A stretch of DNA of 64,000 bases. It comes from a virus. Below are positions 19,902 through 29,800 of the stretch, piece by piece. How positions within the stretch are numbered: position 1 is the stretch's first letter; each line of letters starts with the position of its first letter. The notes beneath the pieces were generated by a model that made no database searches, was not told the DNA's origin, and saw nothing but the letters and a program-made list of their open reading frames with translations. The stretch is taken from UHGV virus genome UHGV-1375844; one strand, written 5' to 3'. Position numbers and translations under genes: made by a program.

Positions 19902-20478
19902 CCTAACCGCTGTAGAGAGTAAAAGGCTCGCTAACCACTGTAGCGAGCCTTTTTTTATTCATAATCTGCCATCCGCTGTAGTGAGCAGCAGACCACACAT
20001 CCTATCCACTGCAGGCAGTAAAGTGGCTCAGGACTGATTATGTTAGTGTTCGCAAACATAGACGTGTCAAGGGCTGCGGAGTTAGTGGTCACTGGGTAGC
20101 AGGGTAGTCGCACTATCCACAGTGGATATCTTGGCCCCTCATCCTTTGACTAACCACTATAGAGAGCAAACCCGGCTGATCGATATTGCCAACCACTATG
20201 GGGAGTACATATCCGCTGAAAACAGCAAAGGTTTACTCCCCATAGTGGATACCTGCTGGCGGGCGCAGTTTTCCACTCTCTATAGTGGTTGTTCATCGAG
20301 AATGAACGTCTGTTTACTCACTACAGTGGATAGAGTTTCCGGCAATCACGGCTTCACTCACTACAGTGGTTGGATCGTCAATAGGGATGGCACTCTACTC
20401 TCTACAGTGGATATGAGCCGGTACGCACGCGGTGAGCTAATTACTCACCGCAGTGGTTAATGCTATCAGTGGATGTTC
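19902..20478. repeat. iteron array III (incA-like; ~12 copies in both orientations)
   Basis: Repeated AACCACTATAGAGAG / CCACTGTAGAGAG and inverted CTCTCTATAGTGG cores. Confidence 0.75.
19922..19957 (+). terminator. rho-independent terminator after repA (GGCTCGCTA stem, T7 tract)
   Basis: Stem-loop followed by TTTTTTT right after the repA stop. Confidence 0.7.
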
Positions 20479-20678
20479 TTCAGTAAACCCCAGAGCGTTC
20501 CGGCCTTTTTGGTGAGCTTTCCTGTTTCCGGATCGTACATGCGCCACTCCCGCCTCTGATGGATAATGTACCCATCTTCACGCTCAAGTCGTTCCAGCGC
20601 ACCGGTTTGTTTAAAGCCCTTTGCCCGCCAGTAGCCACTTGCTTTTTCGATTTCCAGACCTGCCAGCGTAACTGCCAT
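20466..20678 (-). CDS. hypothetical protein (70 aa)
   Basis: ORF abutting the next gene upstream. Confidence 0.35.
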   Translation of the reverse strand: MAVTLAGLEIEKASGYWRAKGFKQTGALERLEREDGYIIHQRREWRMYDPETGKLTKKAGTLWGLLKNIH

Positions 20679-21013
20679 TAACCAACCTCCTTGCAGTCAT
20701 CGAAAAGATAGCTCGCGTCCTTTACGTGAACGCCATAAAAATCACCGGACTTGTTATAAATAAATTTATCCTCGCCGGTACCAGAATATTTCCCATCACG
20801 TTTGGTCAGGGTTGGGGAAGACAAGACACGATCATCACGAACGACATAAAACTGATCCCCACTGTCGACGACCATTGCCCCGTATGACGCTCTCATAACG
20901 TTTGAGATGCTGCCATTTTTTGTTTCTGCTACAGACATTGCACATTCATAGACGCGTGTCTCAGCGCAAACAGGCTGTATCAGCAATAACATTGCCAGGC
21001 CAATTTTCTTCAC
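20678..21013 (-). CDS. putative secreted protein (signal peptide), GTG start
   Basis: N-terminal MKKIGLAMLLLIQPVCAE; GTGA overlap with the upstream small ORF. Confidence 0.45.
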   Translation of the reverse strand: MKKIGLAMLLLIQPVCAETRVYECAMSVAETKNGSISNVMRASYGAMVVDSGDQFYVVRDDRVLSSPTLTKRDGKYSGTGEDKFIYNKSGDFYGVHVKDASYLFDDCKEVG

Positions 21014-21189
21014 GCTGCCACCCCTTGAAATACGTCAAATGCCGAATTGAACACGAGTACTATGGCGAGCGCGTTGACCATTGTGCCGTTTACGGGCGCC
21101 AGCGCTTTTCGGATCGCCCCTGTAAAGAGACAGTCGAGAACAAACGCTATCGAGATAATAAGTAATAAGATGTCTAATATGTTAATCAT
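21013..21189 (-). CDS. small hydrophobic membrane protein (~58 aa, below track cutoff)
   Basis: Hand-translated MINILDILLLIISIAFVLD...; two hydrophobic segments; coupled to the downstream gene. Confidence 0.3.
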
Positions 21190-21229
21190 GATAGGTAGAT
21201 ACTAACTTATATATTTTAGGCTGTAAATA

Positions 21230-21505
21230 TCACTCGAAAGTGCTTATCCCCAAGATACGCTGAAGATGCTCGGCGTCCTCTTCGCTAATCGGGCGCGTTT
21301 CATCTACGTACCAGCAACAACCGTTGTGCCAGCAAACACCATCTTCATCAACAAATACCGAGTCTGCGTCATGGCCTGTGTATTCAACCAGAATGCGCTG
21401 TATTGCTGTCAGAACCTCTTCCTCGTTCATCCCGTCGCAACGCACCATAAACAGAGGGTACACGTCATAATCATTGCTGACTGAAATGCGAACCAAAATT
21501 TTCAT
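21230..21505 (-). CDS. hypothetical protein (91 aa)
   Basis: ORF with the palindromic motif just upstream (~21519-21537). Confidence 0.4.
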   Translation of the reverse strand: MKILVRISVSNDYDVYPLFMVRCDGMNEEEVLTAIQRILVEYTGHDADSVFVDEDGVCWHNGCCWYVDETRPISEEDAEHLQRILGISTFE

Positions 21506-21572
21506 GTGTTTTTCCTTATTGGTAAGTACTTATTCATTTTATTGTGTGCCAGAAGGCACACAATAAGCGTGT

Positions 21573-21983
21573 TTAGGCTGGTGGAAAGAACTTTGTCAGG
21601 GTGCGATCGATAGCTTTATCAAGGTGCATGAGGTGCCAGACAACCATATCTTTGCTACCCAGACCGCGGTTGTAGATTACGTCGAATTTTCGCCAGGCAG
21701 CATGAAACCAGTGAGGTGTGTCATCGACCGGCAGATTCTCTCCTGCCTCCTTGAAGTACTTGAGCAGCATGGCCTGTTCAGCGGTTGGCGTCGGGCCAAT
21801 CTCTTCCGCATACATTCTGATGAAACGTTGCCAGTCGGCTTCGTCATCTGCAGGCTCCGGCGCGTTCATTTCGGCAATTGCCTCACGCAGCTGCGTCGCC
21901 CATTCTGGTTCGGGGAAGCCTTGAGCAATTTCGGCATCAACGACATCAAGTGCGGCATTGGCCGCTTCATATAGCTTTTTCAC
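21573..21983 (-). CDS. hypothetical protein (136 aa), GTG start
   Basis: ORF followed by a 12 bp-stem hairpin at ~21544-21571. Confidence 0.4.
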   Translation of the reverse strand: MKKLYEAANAALDVVDAEIAQGFPEPEWATQLREAIAEMNAPEPADDEADWQRFIRMYAEEIGPTPTAEQAMLLKYFKEAGENLPVDDTPHWFHAAWRKFDVIYNRGLGSKDMVVWHLMHLDKAIDRTLTKFFPPA

Positions 21984-22100
21984 TCTGTTTCTCCTGCATC
22001 TAACAAATGTTGAATATCGATTTGTAGGCTTTCTGGACCTGCTAACGCTTCGGACATTCCAGCTCGCATAGCCGGATCTTCTTTTCTTCGAATGCTCATA

Positions 22101-22346
22101 TCATCCTCTGTACTCGATAAATGCCAGGGCAAGCTGCTCTACGCTGTACCCGTCCTTCAACTGCTTCCCAAATACTCTTTCAACAACGCGCTTGTCTGGA
22201 TTAAAGATGTAGTTGCCGGGAAACTTGGTTCTGAAAACCTGCCCGTCTTTTACTAGCCACCAGGCGTTTACGATTGCCACTCTGTAACTGCGTGGCACTG
22301 TCACTTCTGATATTGCGATCGGTATTAATTCCATATGAGTAACCAA
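22101..22346 (-). CDS. hypothetical protein (81 aa)
   Basis: ORF upstream of the RecA-like terminator. Confidence 0.4.
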   Translation of the reverse strand: MVTHMELIPIAISEVTVPRSYRVAIVNAWWLVKDGQVFRTKFPGNYIFNPDKRVVERVFGKQLKDGYSVEQLALAFIEYRG

Positions 22347-22390
22347 TTTGTTTTCTTGTATGTGATATTAATCAGAAAAAAACGGCGTCC

Positions 22391-22420
22391 TACTGGACGC
22401 CTTTACGTTTATTAATCAGC
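22391..22420 (-). terminator. rho-independent terminator (GGCGTCC stem, T7 tract)
   Basis: Hairpin plus TTTTTTT on minus strand directly after the RecA-like gene. Confidence 0.65.
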
Positions 22421-23482
22421 CACGGCTGGCGCTGACTCCTTTGCCCGTCGCTCATCGACTGCTTGAAGCGCCGCTATGATTTCTGGAAGTGGCTTATCGC
22501 GGTACATCTCGACGATCTGCGATTTCGTGTATTTCTTATCGCCAATTTCTACGCGCCCGCTGGCGTTCTTGGGCAGGTATCCTTCCTCCAACATGTACTC
22601 AACCAGTGATTCGATGACGTCCAGCCCGCGGGTCGGATCGAAGTAGAATTTCCATGAGCATTTGCCAAACGGAGGCGCAACTTTGTTTTTAATGCACTCG
22701 GCGCCCACGTCCTGTCCGATCTTCTCTTTCCCATCCTTCATAACGGATGCACCCAGACGGATGCGTACCGACGCGTAGAACTTCGGAGAGTCGCCACCCG
22801 GAGAGGTTGTCGGATCGCCAAACATCACGCCAATTTTGGTACGCACTTGGTTCAAGAAGATGATGCAGGCGTTGTACTTACGTGCCCATAGCGCCAAAGT
22901 AGGGAAGTTGGCACTTGTGGCCCGCGCCAGCGCCGTGTTGTCGTTCATGTTCAGCTGGTCTTTGTCCTTCGCGGTACCTTCTGCCATCTTGTCGAACTTC
23001 TCAGCCTTTGAGTTCGGAACCATCGACGCCAGAGAATCGGCAACGATACAGATAGGTGCTGATTCCGGAATCAGCTCTTCATCACGAACCAGTTTGAGGA
23101 TGGTGCCGATCAGCTCAACAGACTCTTCAAAAGTGTCAGGCTGTTTGTAAACCCACTGGCCGTCGTCTTCATCCGCGTTCAGACCGTTCGCTACAGCTAA
23201 GCCAACGTCAAAACTGTTTTCGTGGTCGAGGAACACAGCCAGACCTTCCTGCCTTTGTGCGGAAACCATCGCTGCCGTGGCCAGAAACGTTTTACCGGCG
23301 CTTGGCGGCCCGAAAATCTCAACGATACGCCCTGATGGGAAGCCGCCGTCATAACGCCCTGAAATGGCTTTGTTGAGCGGAGGGAAACCGGAGTCAATCC
23401 AGTGGGAGACCTTCTGGATCTCGTCATTGCTGCCGATTTTCTTTTTCAGCGCCAGCGCCAGTGCGGATTTGCCTTTTGCCAT
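22412..23482 (-). CDS. RecA-like recombinase (UvsX/Sak4 class)
   Basis: Walker A GPPSAGKTFLA and RecA-fold features. Confidence 0.8.
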   Translation of the reverse strand: MAKGKSALALALKKKIGSNDEIQKVSHWIDSGFPPLNKAISGRYDGGFPSGRIVEIFGPPSAGKTFLATAAMVSAQRQEGLAVFLDHENSFDVGLAVANGLNADEDDGQWVYKQPDTFEESVELIGTILKLVRDEELIPESAPICIVADSLASMVPNSKAEKFDKMAEGTAKDKDQLNMNDNTALARATSANFPTLALWARKYNACIIFLNQVRTKIGVMFGDPTTSPGGDSPKFYASVRIRLGASVMKDGKEKIGQDVGAECIKNKVAPPFGKCSWKFYFDPTRGLDVIESLVEYMLEEGYLPKNASGRVEIGDKKYTKSQIVEMYRDKPLPEIIAALQAVDERRAKESAPAVAD

Positions 23483-23484
23483 GA

Positions 23485-23751
23485 TTAGGCTCCTTTTGAT
23501 TCGTTGATTCGCTTCGAAGCAGCGGCTTCGTCAAACTTGATTGCGTCGTGGTTCAGGTGTTTGGCGACGCGAGCGATGATCTTCACGACCTGCTCGCTGA
23601 CCAGCGCGAACTCACGCTCAGTAGCAGAAATGCCAGCAGCGCCCAGAATGTTCGGCAGCGCCACCACAGCGTGCTCGCCGTGGCAGAAGACAATCTCTTT
23701 AGCCAGCATGGTTGGCGTAGTTGCCCCGCCATTAATGATGGATTTCAGCAT
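23485..23751 (-). CDS. hypothetical protein (88 aa)
   Basis: ORF between RecA-like and flap endonuclease genes. Confidence 0.4.
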   Translation of the reverse strand: MLKSIINGGATTPTMLAKEIVFCHGEHAVVALPNILGAAGISATEREFALVSEQVVKIIARVAKHLNHDAIKFDEAAASKRINESKGA

Positions 23752-24695
23752 CAGCAGTACCTCTCAAACGGAAGTACAAAGACTTCCAGGTCTTCCAGAA
23801 AAGAACGGAAATTCAGCTCATGGCACATCTGTTCGAACGCCTTCATATCCCGAACGCCTTTAATCGACTCGATCTCGCTGGGCGGGAATTTGGTTTCAAT
23901 CAGGTTCATCAGCGTCATATTGCGTTTGAAGGCTTCCAGCATTCGACAGCCCGTCTTCTCGTTGAAGGCGTTCTTTGCCAGCTTGTTGAATGCCGTTTTG
24001 TACCGGCCTTTGTCGATTACGATTGAGCCGTTATTGATGCCTCGCACCATTGAGGCGACGCTTCCCCATTCATGCAGCAGCTCTTTCGCACCACCATCAC
24101 CGATACCACCAACACCTTTGATGTTGTCCGATGTATCACCCTGTAGCGCTTTGGCTTCCAGAAACGCGCGCGGAGTGGGCAGGCCAGTCAGTTCAGCGAA
24201 TTGTTCAAAATTCACCTGCTTGTGCTTGGCATCTTCACGCAGGCTTACCCAGCTCACGTTTTCGCGAACCAGCTGGAGCCAGTCGCCATCGCCTGTCAGC
24301 AGGTAGATATGATCAACGGTCGGCTGCGGGGCCAGACGAGAGACCAGCATTCCGGCCAGGTCGTCAGCTTCTGCGTCCTTTGCGATGAGTTGGTTAACGC
24401 CCAGAGCGGTCATCATTTTCAAGATGTATGGCTTCTGGATGGCAAAGCCTTCTTTCATCTTTTTCATATCCGGATCGTCATCGCGGTTAGCTTTGTATTC
24501 CGGGTAATAGTCGCGACGTTTGTCGCTGAATCCATCCCATAAGATCATCGGCCGGGCATGGAGAATTGAGGCGTAACGACGAACGTTCTTCACGAAGCCA
24601 AACGCAGCCTGAACTTCCATTTCGCCGTTATGTAATTTGTCGGATTGCTGGTGGTAATAGCCCAGGCTGTTACCATCCACTAAGAGATAATTCAC
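23751..24695 (-). CDS. 5'-3' exonuclease / flap endonuclease
   Basis: N-terminal LLVDGNSLGY, acidic clusters, helix-hairpin-helix GVGGIGDGGAKELL. Confidence 0.85.
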   Translation of the reverse strand: MNYLLVDGNSLGYYHQQSDKLHNGEMEVQAAFGFVKNVRRYASILHARPMILWDGFSDKRRDYYPEYKANRDDDPDMKKMKEGFAIQKPYILKMMTALGVNQLIAKDAEADDLAGMLVSRLAPQPTVDHIYLLTGDGDWLQLVRENVSWVSLREDAKHKQVNFEQFAELTGLPTPRAFLEAKALQGDTSDNIKGVGGIGDGGAKELLHEWGSVASMVRGINNGSIVIDKGRYKTAFNKLAKNAFNEKTGCRMLEAFKRNMTLMNLIETKFPPSEIESIKGVRDMKAFEQMCHELNFRSFLEDLEVFVLPFERYC

Positions 24696-24715
24696 CGGTC
24701 ACTCCTTCCAAAAAG

Positions 24716-24742
24716 TAAGGCGTCCGTAGACGCCTTACTGGT
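24716..24742 (-). terminator. rho-independent terminator (GTAAGGCGTC stem, T5 tract)
   Basis: 10 bp stem plus TTTTT on minus strand after the SSB gene. Confidence 0.6.
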
Positions 24743-24754
24743 TACGTTATGGGA

Positions 24755-25777
24755 TTACAGAGCGTCCAGTTCAGCCAGCAGGTCATCGAGACCTTCGTCA
24801 GCTGGTGCAGTCGCGGCGGCTGCGGATGCGCTTGCAGCTGCGGCAGCTTCTGGTGCTTTCGCTTCTTCTGGCTTCGTTTCTGGTTTGAACTCAGCTTCTG
24901 CGGCACGCAAGATCTCTTCGTCAACCAGGCTGCTGGTTTCCGTAGCAGGGGTGTGCGCTGTCGCAACCGCAGCGGCGCCTTCTGTATGACCAGTGATAGT
25001 GCCAAAGCCTGGCAGTTCAGCAGCAGCGGATTTCGCCGTAGAGGAAATAGCTGGCGTGGACATGGTGGCGGCCGGCGCCGCGATACCAATCAGACGACCC
25101 ATAGTGCGAGCGGTGGAAAGCAGGCGAGTCTCATCAGCCTGGTTCGCGTAAGCGATCAGGTCGTGCTGGGTAGTCCAGAGCTTCTCAGCAATATCGCCTT
25201 TGTAGACTTTACGCTTCGGTGAGACATCGTATTTGGTGTCACGACCAGAGCCGGTACGCTTAATCAGGAATGCATAGCCTTCTTCCTTGCTAAGCGGATT
25301 GCCGATGTCATCAGCGATGTCTTCAGACATCACCTTACAGATGTCGTCGAAAACAGTGGACGGCAGTTCAATCAGCTGGCATTTCTCAGCATCGCCAAAG
25401 TCTTCACGAGCAGACAGTACGCCGTTGACCAGATAACGCGGGGTAGCACGCATAGAGTTGATGCGCTCTTCCATTGGCTTGTTGCCTTTGTGACGAGCAC
25501 GACCTTCCATCACCATCTCGCACAGCTGGCAGGCGCGACCGTGAGTGTGTTGCTCACAGACATAAGCAGTGGTTACTTCTTTGCCTTCCTCATTCTGATG
25601 CTTGACGTAGTGCATACCGAAAGTTTGGAAAAACACACCATTCGGATCGTCCTTGTTAGGGAAAATTCGAAGATAGTTATTGCCGTCTTTCAGACGAGTC
25701 AGATCAACGTTATTGCCGCGCTTTGAGGCAATATCACCACGGGTCTTGTTCAGCAGATCGAGTAATGACTTAGACAT
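24755..25777 (-). CDS. single-stranded DNA-binding protein (gp32-like), tentative
   Basis: Cys/His cluster CEQHTHGRACQLC, Ala-rich linker and acidic C-terminal tail DEGLDDLLAELDAL; start at internal ATG with AAGGAGAAA RBS. Confidence 0.55.
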   Translation of the reverse strand: MSKSLLDLLNKTRGDIASKRGNNVDLTRLKDGNNYLRIFPNKDDPNGVFFQTFGMHYVKHQNEEGKEVTTAYVCEQHTHGRACQLCEMVMEGRARHKGNKPMEERINSMRATPRYLVNGVLSAREDFGDAEKCQLIELPSTVFDDICKVMSEDIADDIGNPLSKEEGYAFLIKRTGSGRDTKYDVSPKRKVYKGDIAEKLWTTQHDLIAYANQADETRLLSTARTMGRLIGIAAPAATMSTPAISSTAKSAAAELPGFGTITGHTEGAAAVATAHTPATETSSLVDEEILRAAEAEFKPETKPEEAKAPEAAAAASASAAAATAPADEGLDDLLAELDAL

Positions 25778-25896
25778 GTGTTTCTCCTTGTTATGATTGT
25801 GGCCATTGGCGCGGTGCGCTTTGGGCATTCGTTTGTTACTGGCTCCTGCGAGCGCATAGAATAATAGATCAGTACTTACTTACGATCTACTATAAA

Positions 25897-26328
25897 TTAA
25901 CGGGTGGAGTGGAATCGTTCGGCACCCAATCGCTCTATCTCCACGATAGCCATTTTTGACGCCTGGACGATCATGTCACGACGATGGGAAAATGCAGAGA
26001 CCGCGTGCTTGTACAGGTCTGCTACGTATCGGGCTTCATCTAATTTTTGCCGTTTGGCGAGGTATTGCGGATTCGTTTTAACCTTTGCGTCGAGCACAGA
26101 CTCGTTGAACTTAATGCCATTCATACTCAGGTTCTTACGTTCGTTATCATAGATTTTTGCCTCTATTGCATCCAGTGAGAGTTTCGCATCAGCGACTTCT
26201 CTTTCGGCCCAGGCAAGTTTGGAACCGTACTCCATCAGCAGACGAGGTTGTTGTCGCCAGACCTCCTCAAGATTGTCACGGTCAAACTCAAGATCGGTCA
26301 TGATTTTATCGTAAATTGTGGTGTCCAT
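25897..26328 (-). CDS. hypothetical protein (143 aa)
   Basis: ORF between SSB and polymerase genes. Confidence 0.4.
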   Translation of the reverse strand: MDTTIYDKIMTDLEFDRDNLEEVWRQQPRLLMEYGSKLAWAEREVADAKLSLDAIEAKIYDNERKNLSMNGIKFNESVLDAKVKTNPQYLAKRQKLDEARYVADLYKHAVSAFSHRRDMIVQASKMAIVEIERLGAERFHSTR

Positions 26329-26405
26329 TCGTTAGGTACTCGCTTATTTATCTATATCAATTATACAATCGATCATCATGCCTTCAAATCAAGACCGTTA
26401 CAAAA

Positions 26406-26431
26406 AACCCGCCAAGCGGCGGGTTTGTTTT
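26406..26431. terminator. bidirectional hairpin CCCGCC-aagc-GGCGGG with T tracts
   Basis: Stem-loop flanked by A-run and T-run. Confidence 0.55.
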
Positions 26432-26873
26432 AAGCGACTCGCTTCCTGAAAATGTTCGAAAGCGTAACTCTGGTCTGACGTCGCAACCTGTATTTCCTCA
26501 CATCGCCAATCTTATTCACTTCCATGAACTCTTTGGCCACCTTCAGTACCAGTCGATTGCGGAACACTTTGAACGCCTCCAGCTGTTCCTCTGGGTTATC
26601 CGATTCGTAGATCTCTAACAGATACTGGCACGCCTTCGGATCTTGCGTTTTGAGCGCCAGCGCTCTGGCACATTTACGCAAGCGACTGACTTTATCGGCT
26701 CCATCCAGCCCGGCAAACGCCAGTGCCAGATCTAACGTGACCGGGCAGTCGATGATTTCCCAGAACTGCGAGCGCATGGTGGCCGCTACCGCTTTGTCTT
26801 GAAAGTCCGCTGGAATTGCCGCCAGCTCGTGTGCAATCTTCTGTGCCTCACTCATGTTGTTCTCTTTGCTCAT
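26430..26873 (-). CDS. hypothetical protein (147 aa)
   Basis: ORF ending 4 nt inside the polymerase gene. Confidence 0.4.
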   Translation of the reverse strand: MSKENNMSEAQKIAHELAAIPADFQDKAVAATMRSQFWEIIDCPVTLDLALAFAGLDGADKVSRLRKCARALALKTQDPKACQYLLEIYESDNPEEQLEAFKVFRNRLVLKVAKEFMEVNKIGDVRKYRLRRQTRVTLSNIFRKRVA

Positions 26874-29800
26874 TTGCCAATCGTCTCCGCTACCTCGGCC
26901 AGAATCGCCTCCAGCTTCTCTCCTTCCTCTGGGCGGAAGTACAAAATGTTTGGGTTAAAACCGTAGAAGACGGTCACATCCAGATCCGGCAGATACTCTT
27001 TGCGACCAACCAGATCAGAGGGTTTGCTCTTATTGTTGAAAAGAGATGTCGCCCGGCTGCCACACGTCAGCACATAGGTCGGACGTACCAGATTGATTTC
27101 TTCACGCATGAAGTCGGTGAACTGGCCGATCTCATCTTTGGTGTAGTCCTTCTCCTTGTCCTTTACCTTCTTGCACACGCCAGTGACGTAGAGGTCTCCC
27201 ATACGCAGATCGCCTGCAGTAAGCAGCTTCGCCTTAAAATCGTCGTAACCGTTCTCCATGAAGTAGCCAGTACGTCCATCATTGCCGTTCGCGTTGTCCA
27301 GAATGACCATGATTTTCGGCTTAATGCCAATGCTCGGGCGGATCAGGTCGTCACCCAGCCCCATTTCGGCCGCCATGCGAGTCATCAGTACATTCACTTC
27401 GGCAGAACGCTTAGGGTTCATCTCGAACGGGCGAGAGGCTTTTACAGCGTCGATCACCAGATTGCCCATCAACTCTGCCTGGTCGCGCAGCCGTTCCGGA
27501 TCTGTCGCTGGCAGACTACCAGGTTCAATCGATGCGAACGCACCTACCTTTTGCAGTGACTCGCGTACCCGGCTGTTACATGCACGCTTCTCGACCGCTT
27601 CCTCGAATTGCGCCAGTGACTCGAATTTACCGCCGACTTTTTCTCTCGCCCGCATAATGGCCTGACAGCCATTCTCAGAACAGCCTTTGACTGCGGAGAA
27701 GGGGGCATAAAGAACCTGGCTACCATCTTCCAGTGTGCGGATCTCGATGCGGTTCGACGACACGTTTACATCTGGTGGTAAGACGCGGATGCCATAGGTG
27801 AGCGCATCCTTTACCAGACCCTGGTGTTTGTCCTCGCCCAGAATAGTGAGCGCAGCAGCAAAGAACTCAGCAGGGAAATGAGTTTTCAGCCACATGGATT
27901 GATAACTGATCAGCGAATAGGCCACAGAGTGTGATTTGTTGAACTGGTAAGCACCGTTCTTCTCGAATGCCTCCCAAATTTCTTTCGCTTTCATTTCTGA
28001 CAAACCTGCGTGTGAGCCTGTCACGCGCACAATTGCCATAGGTAACTTCACGCCTTTCTCAAGAGCCTCTTCCACTGTTAGCAGTGTTCCGTCTTCACAT
28101 TTGAAATGTTCGGCTCGATGAACGCGCTGCGTTGTGCCGTCTGCCAGCTCAACATCAATCCATCCAGCTTGAGCCTGGGCGATAAATCTTTCCCCCATGC
28201 TCTTCATTTTCTCCATATCTTTCTTACCGATCGCCTTACGTACCCCATCTGCCTCAGCCATTGTGAAGCCGGCCAGCAAACGAGTCGCACTCATGGTTTG
28301 CTCCTGATAGAGAATGACGCCATTTGTTTCGGCGGTTAACTCATCCAGTACCGGGTGCAGTGATTGCGGAGTCATGAAGCCTTTGGCAACTGCGACGTAA
28401 TCATCCAACATGCCTGACTGAATTGGGCCAGGGCGAAATAGTGCGGTCGTAGCGACAACGGTTTTAAAGCTCATTGGCTCAATGCCACCGCCCAGATCTT
28501 TAAGTAACTTGCGCATGGGGCCGGACTCCAGCTGGAAGACACCCTGCGTATATCCGGCAGCAAACCCATCCAGAACCTTACGATCGTCAAGCGGAATGGC
28601 GTCGAGATTGATGTCTTCCCCTGTGCTTTCTTTGATGTATCGCTTCGCGCTGTCCAGAAGGTCGAGCGTTGCCAGACCGAGAACGTCCAGCTTAATCAGC
28701 CCCATCGCCTCGCAGTAACGCTTGTCGAATGCGATACAACGAGCATTGCCTCGCAGCTCGACAGGGGTTCTTTCAATCAGTGGTACGCCAGCAACGATCA
28801 TCCCCGCAGCATGGCGGCCGAAGCCACGCATCAGATTTTGAAGTTTGCAGGCGGCTTTGAAAGCATCCGGGTTTTTGGTGGCGTATTTATCCAGGCTGGC
28901 CAGTTGTTCACGCAGCTCTTCAAGGGACAGGCTGTCGTCTTCCAGATTTTTAAACTCTTTAGAAACGGCCATGTCCGCGGCGTCGACACCGAAAATGCGC
29001 GCGGTGTCGCGCAAAGCAGAGGCGGCGCCCAGATAGGTAAAGTTAGGAATGCCGGCGACATATTCTTCGCCATAGCGTTCATTCAGATACTCGATCACCT
29101 CATGGCGACGCGCCTGGCTGAAGTCCAGATCCGCATCCGGAAGGTCAAGACGTTCTGGGTTAATGAAACGCTCAAACAGCAGACCGTGGCGAATAGGGTC
29201 TACGTTTGTGATGCCAATGCACCACGCCACCAGAGAACCAGCAGAAGAACCACGCCCAGGCCCAACGGGAATACCGGCTTCACGACTGTGATTCATCAGA
29301 TCGCGAACCATCAGAAAATAGCCGCAGAAACCCAGCCGAGTCAGCGTGTCCATCTCGTATTTGAGGCGATCGACATACACGCGGTGTTCAGAAGCTGGTG
29401 GGGTGTAGCCAAACTCTTTGGTAGTAAGACGCTTGCGCAGCCCTGCGACTGCCAGCTTCATCAGCGTTGCAGGTTCGTCGTCTGCCATCTTTGGCAGTGC
29501 TGGGGGCAATTCATGCCAGCGCCAGGTGCAGGCTTCAACAATGGCGTCCTGAGTGGAAGAGGCCATTGCAGCTGTGACCGGCACATCCATACGAACGGAG
29601 AACGCTTTCAGCGCTTCCAACAGATGACGGCGCCCATTAACGGCATTATCACGCTGGTGGGGAATACGCAGACGATGCGGCTGGTCGATTTTGATGTTGT
29701 TCGTCACCATGTGCGCAATGTCTTTAATGTCAGCATCGTCGACCGCTTCGTAATAAGCTGGGTAGAACGCCACTGGCTCAATTTTTAGTGCGCTTGCCAC

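Noticed and set aside
20122-20460. 112 aa plus-strand ORF (repetitive H-Y and T-V motifs)
   Set aside because: It lies wholly inside the incA-like iteron array; the apparent protein repeats are translated DNA iterons.
18296-20478. Possible CRISPR array
   Set aside because: The repeats are ~19-21 bp with variable cores, occur in both orientations, and flank a P1-type repA; they are iterons, not repeat-spacer units.
26816-29788. Plus-strand ORFs (247 aa, 325 aa and others) inside the DnaE-like gene
   Set aside because: They are antisense to a 1172 aa gene with clear polymerase motifs.
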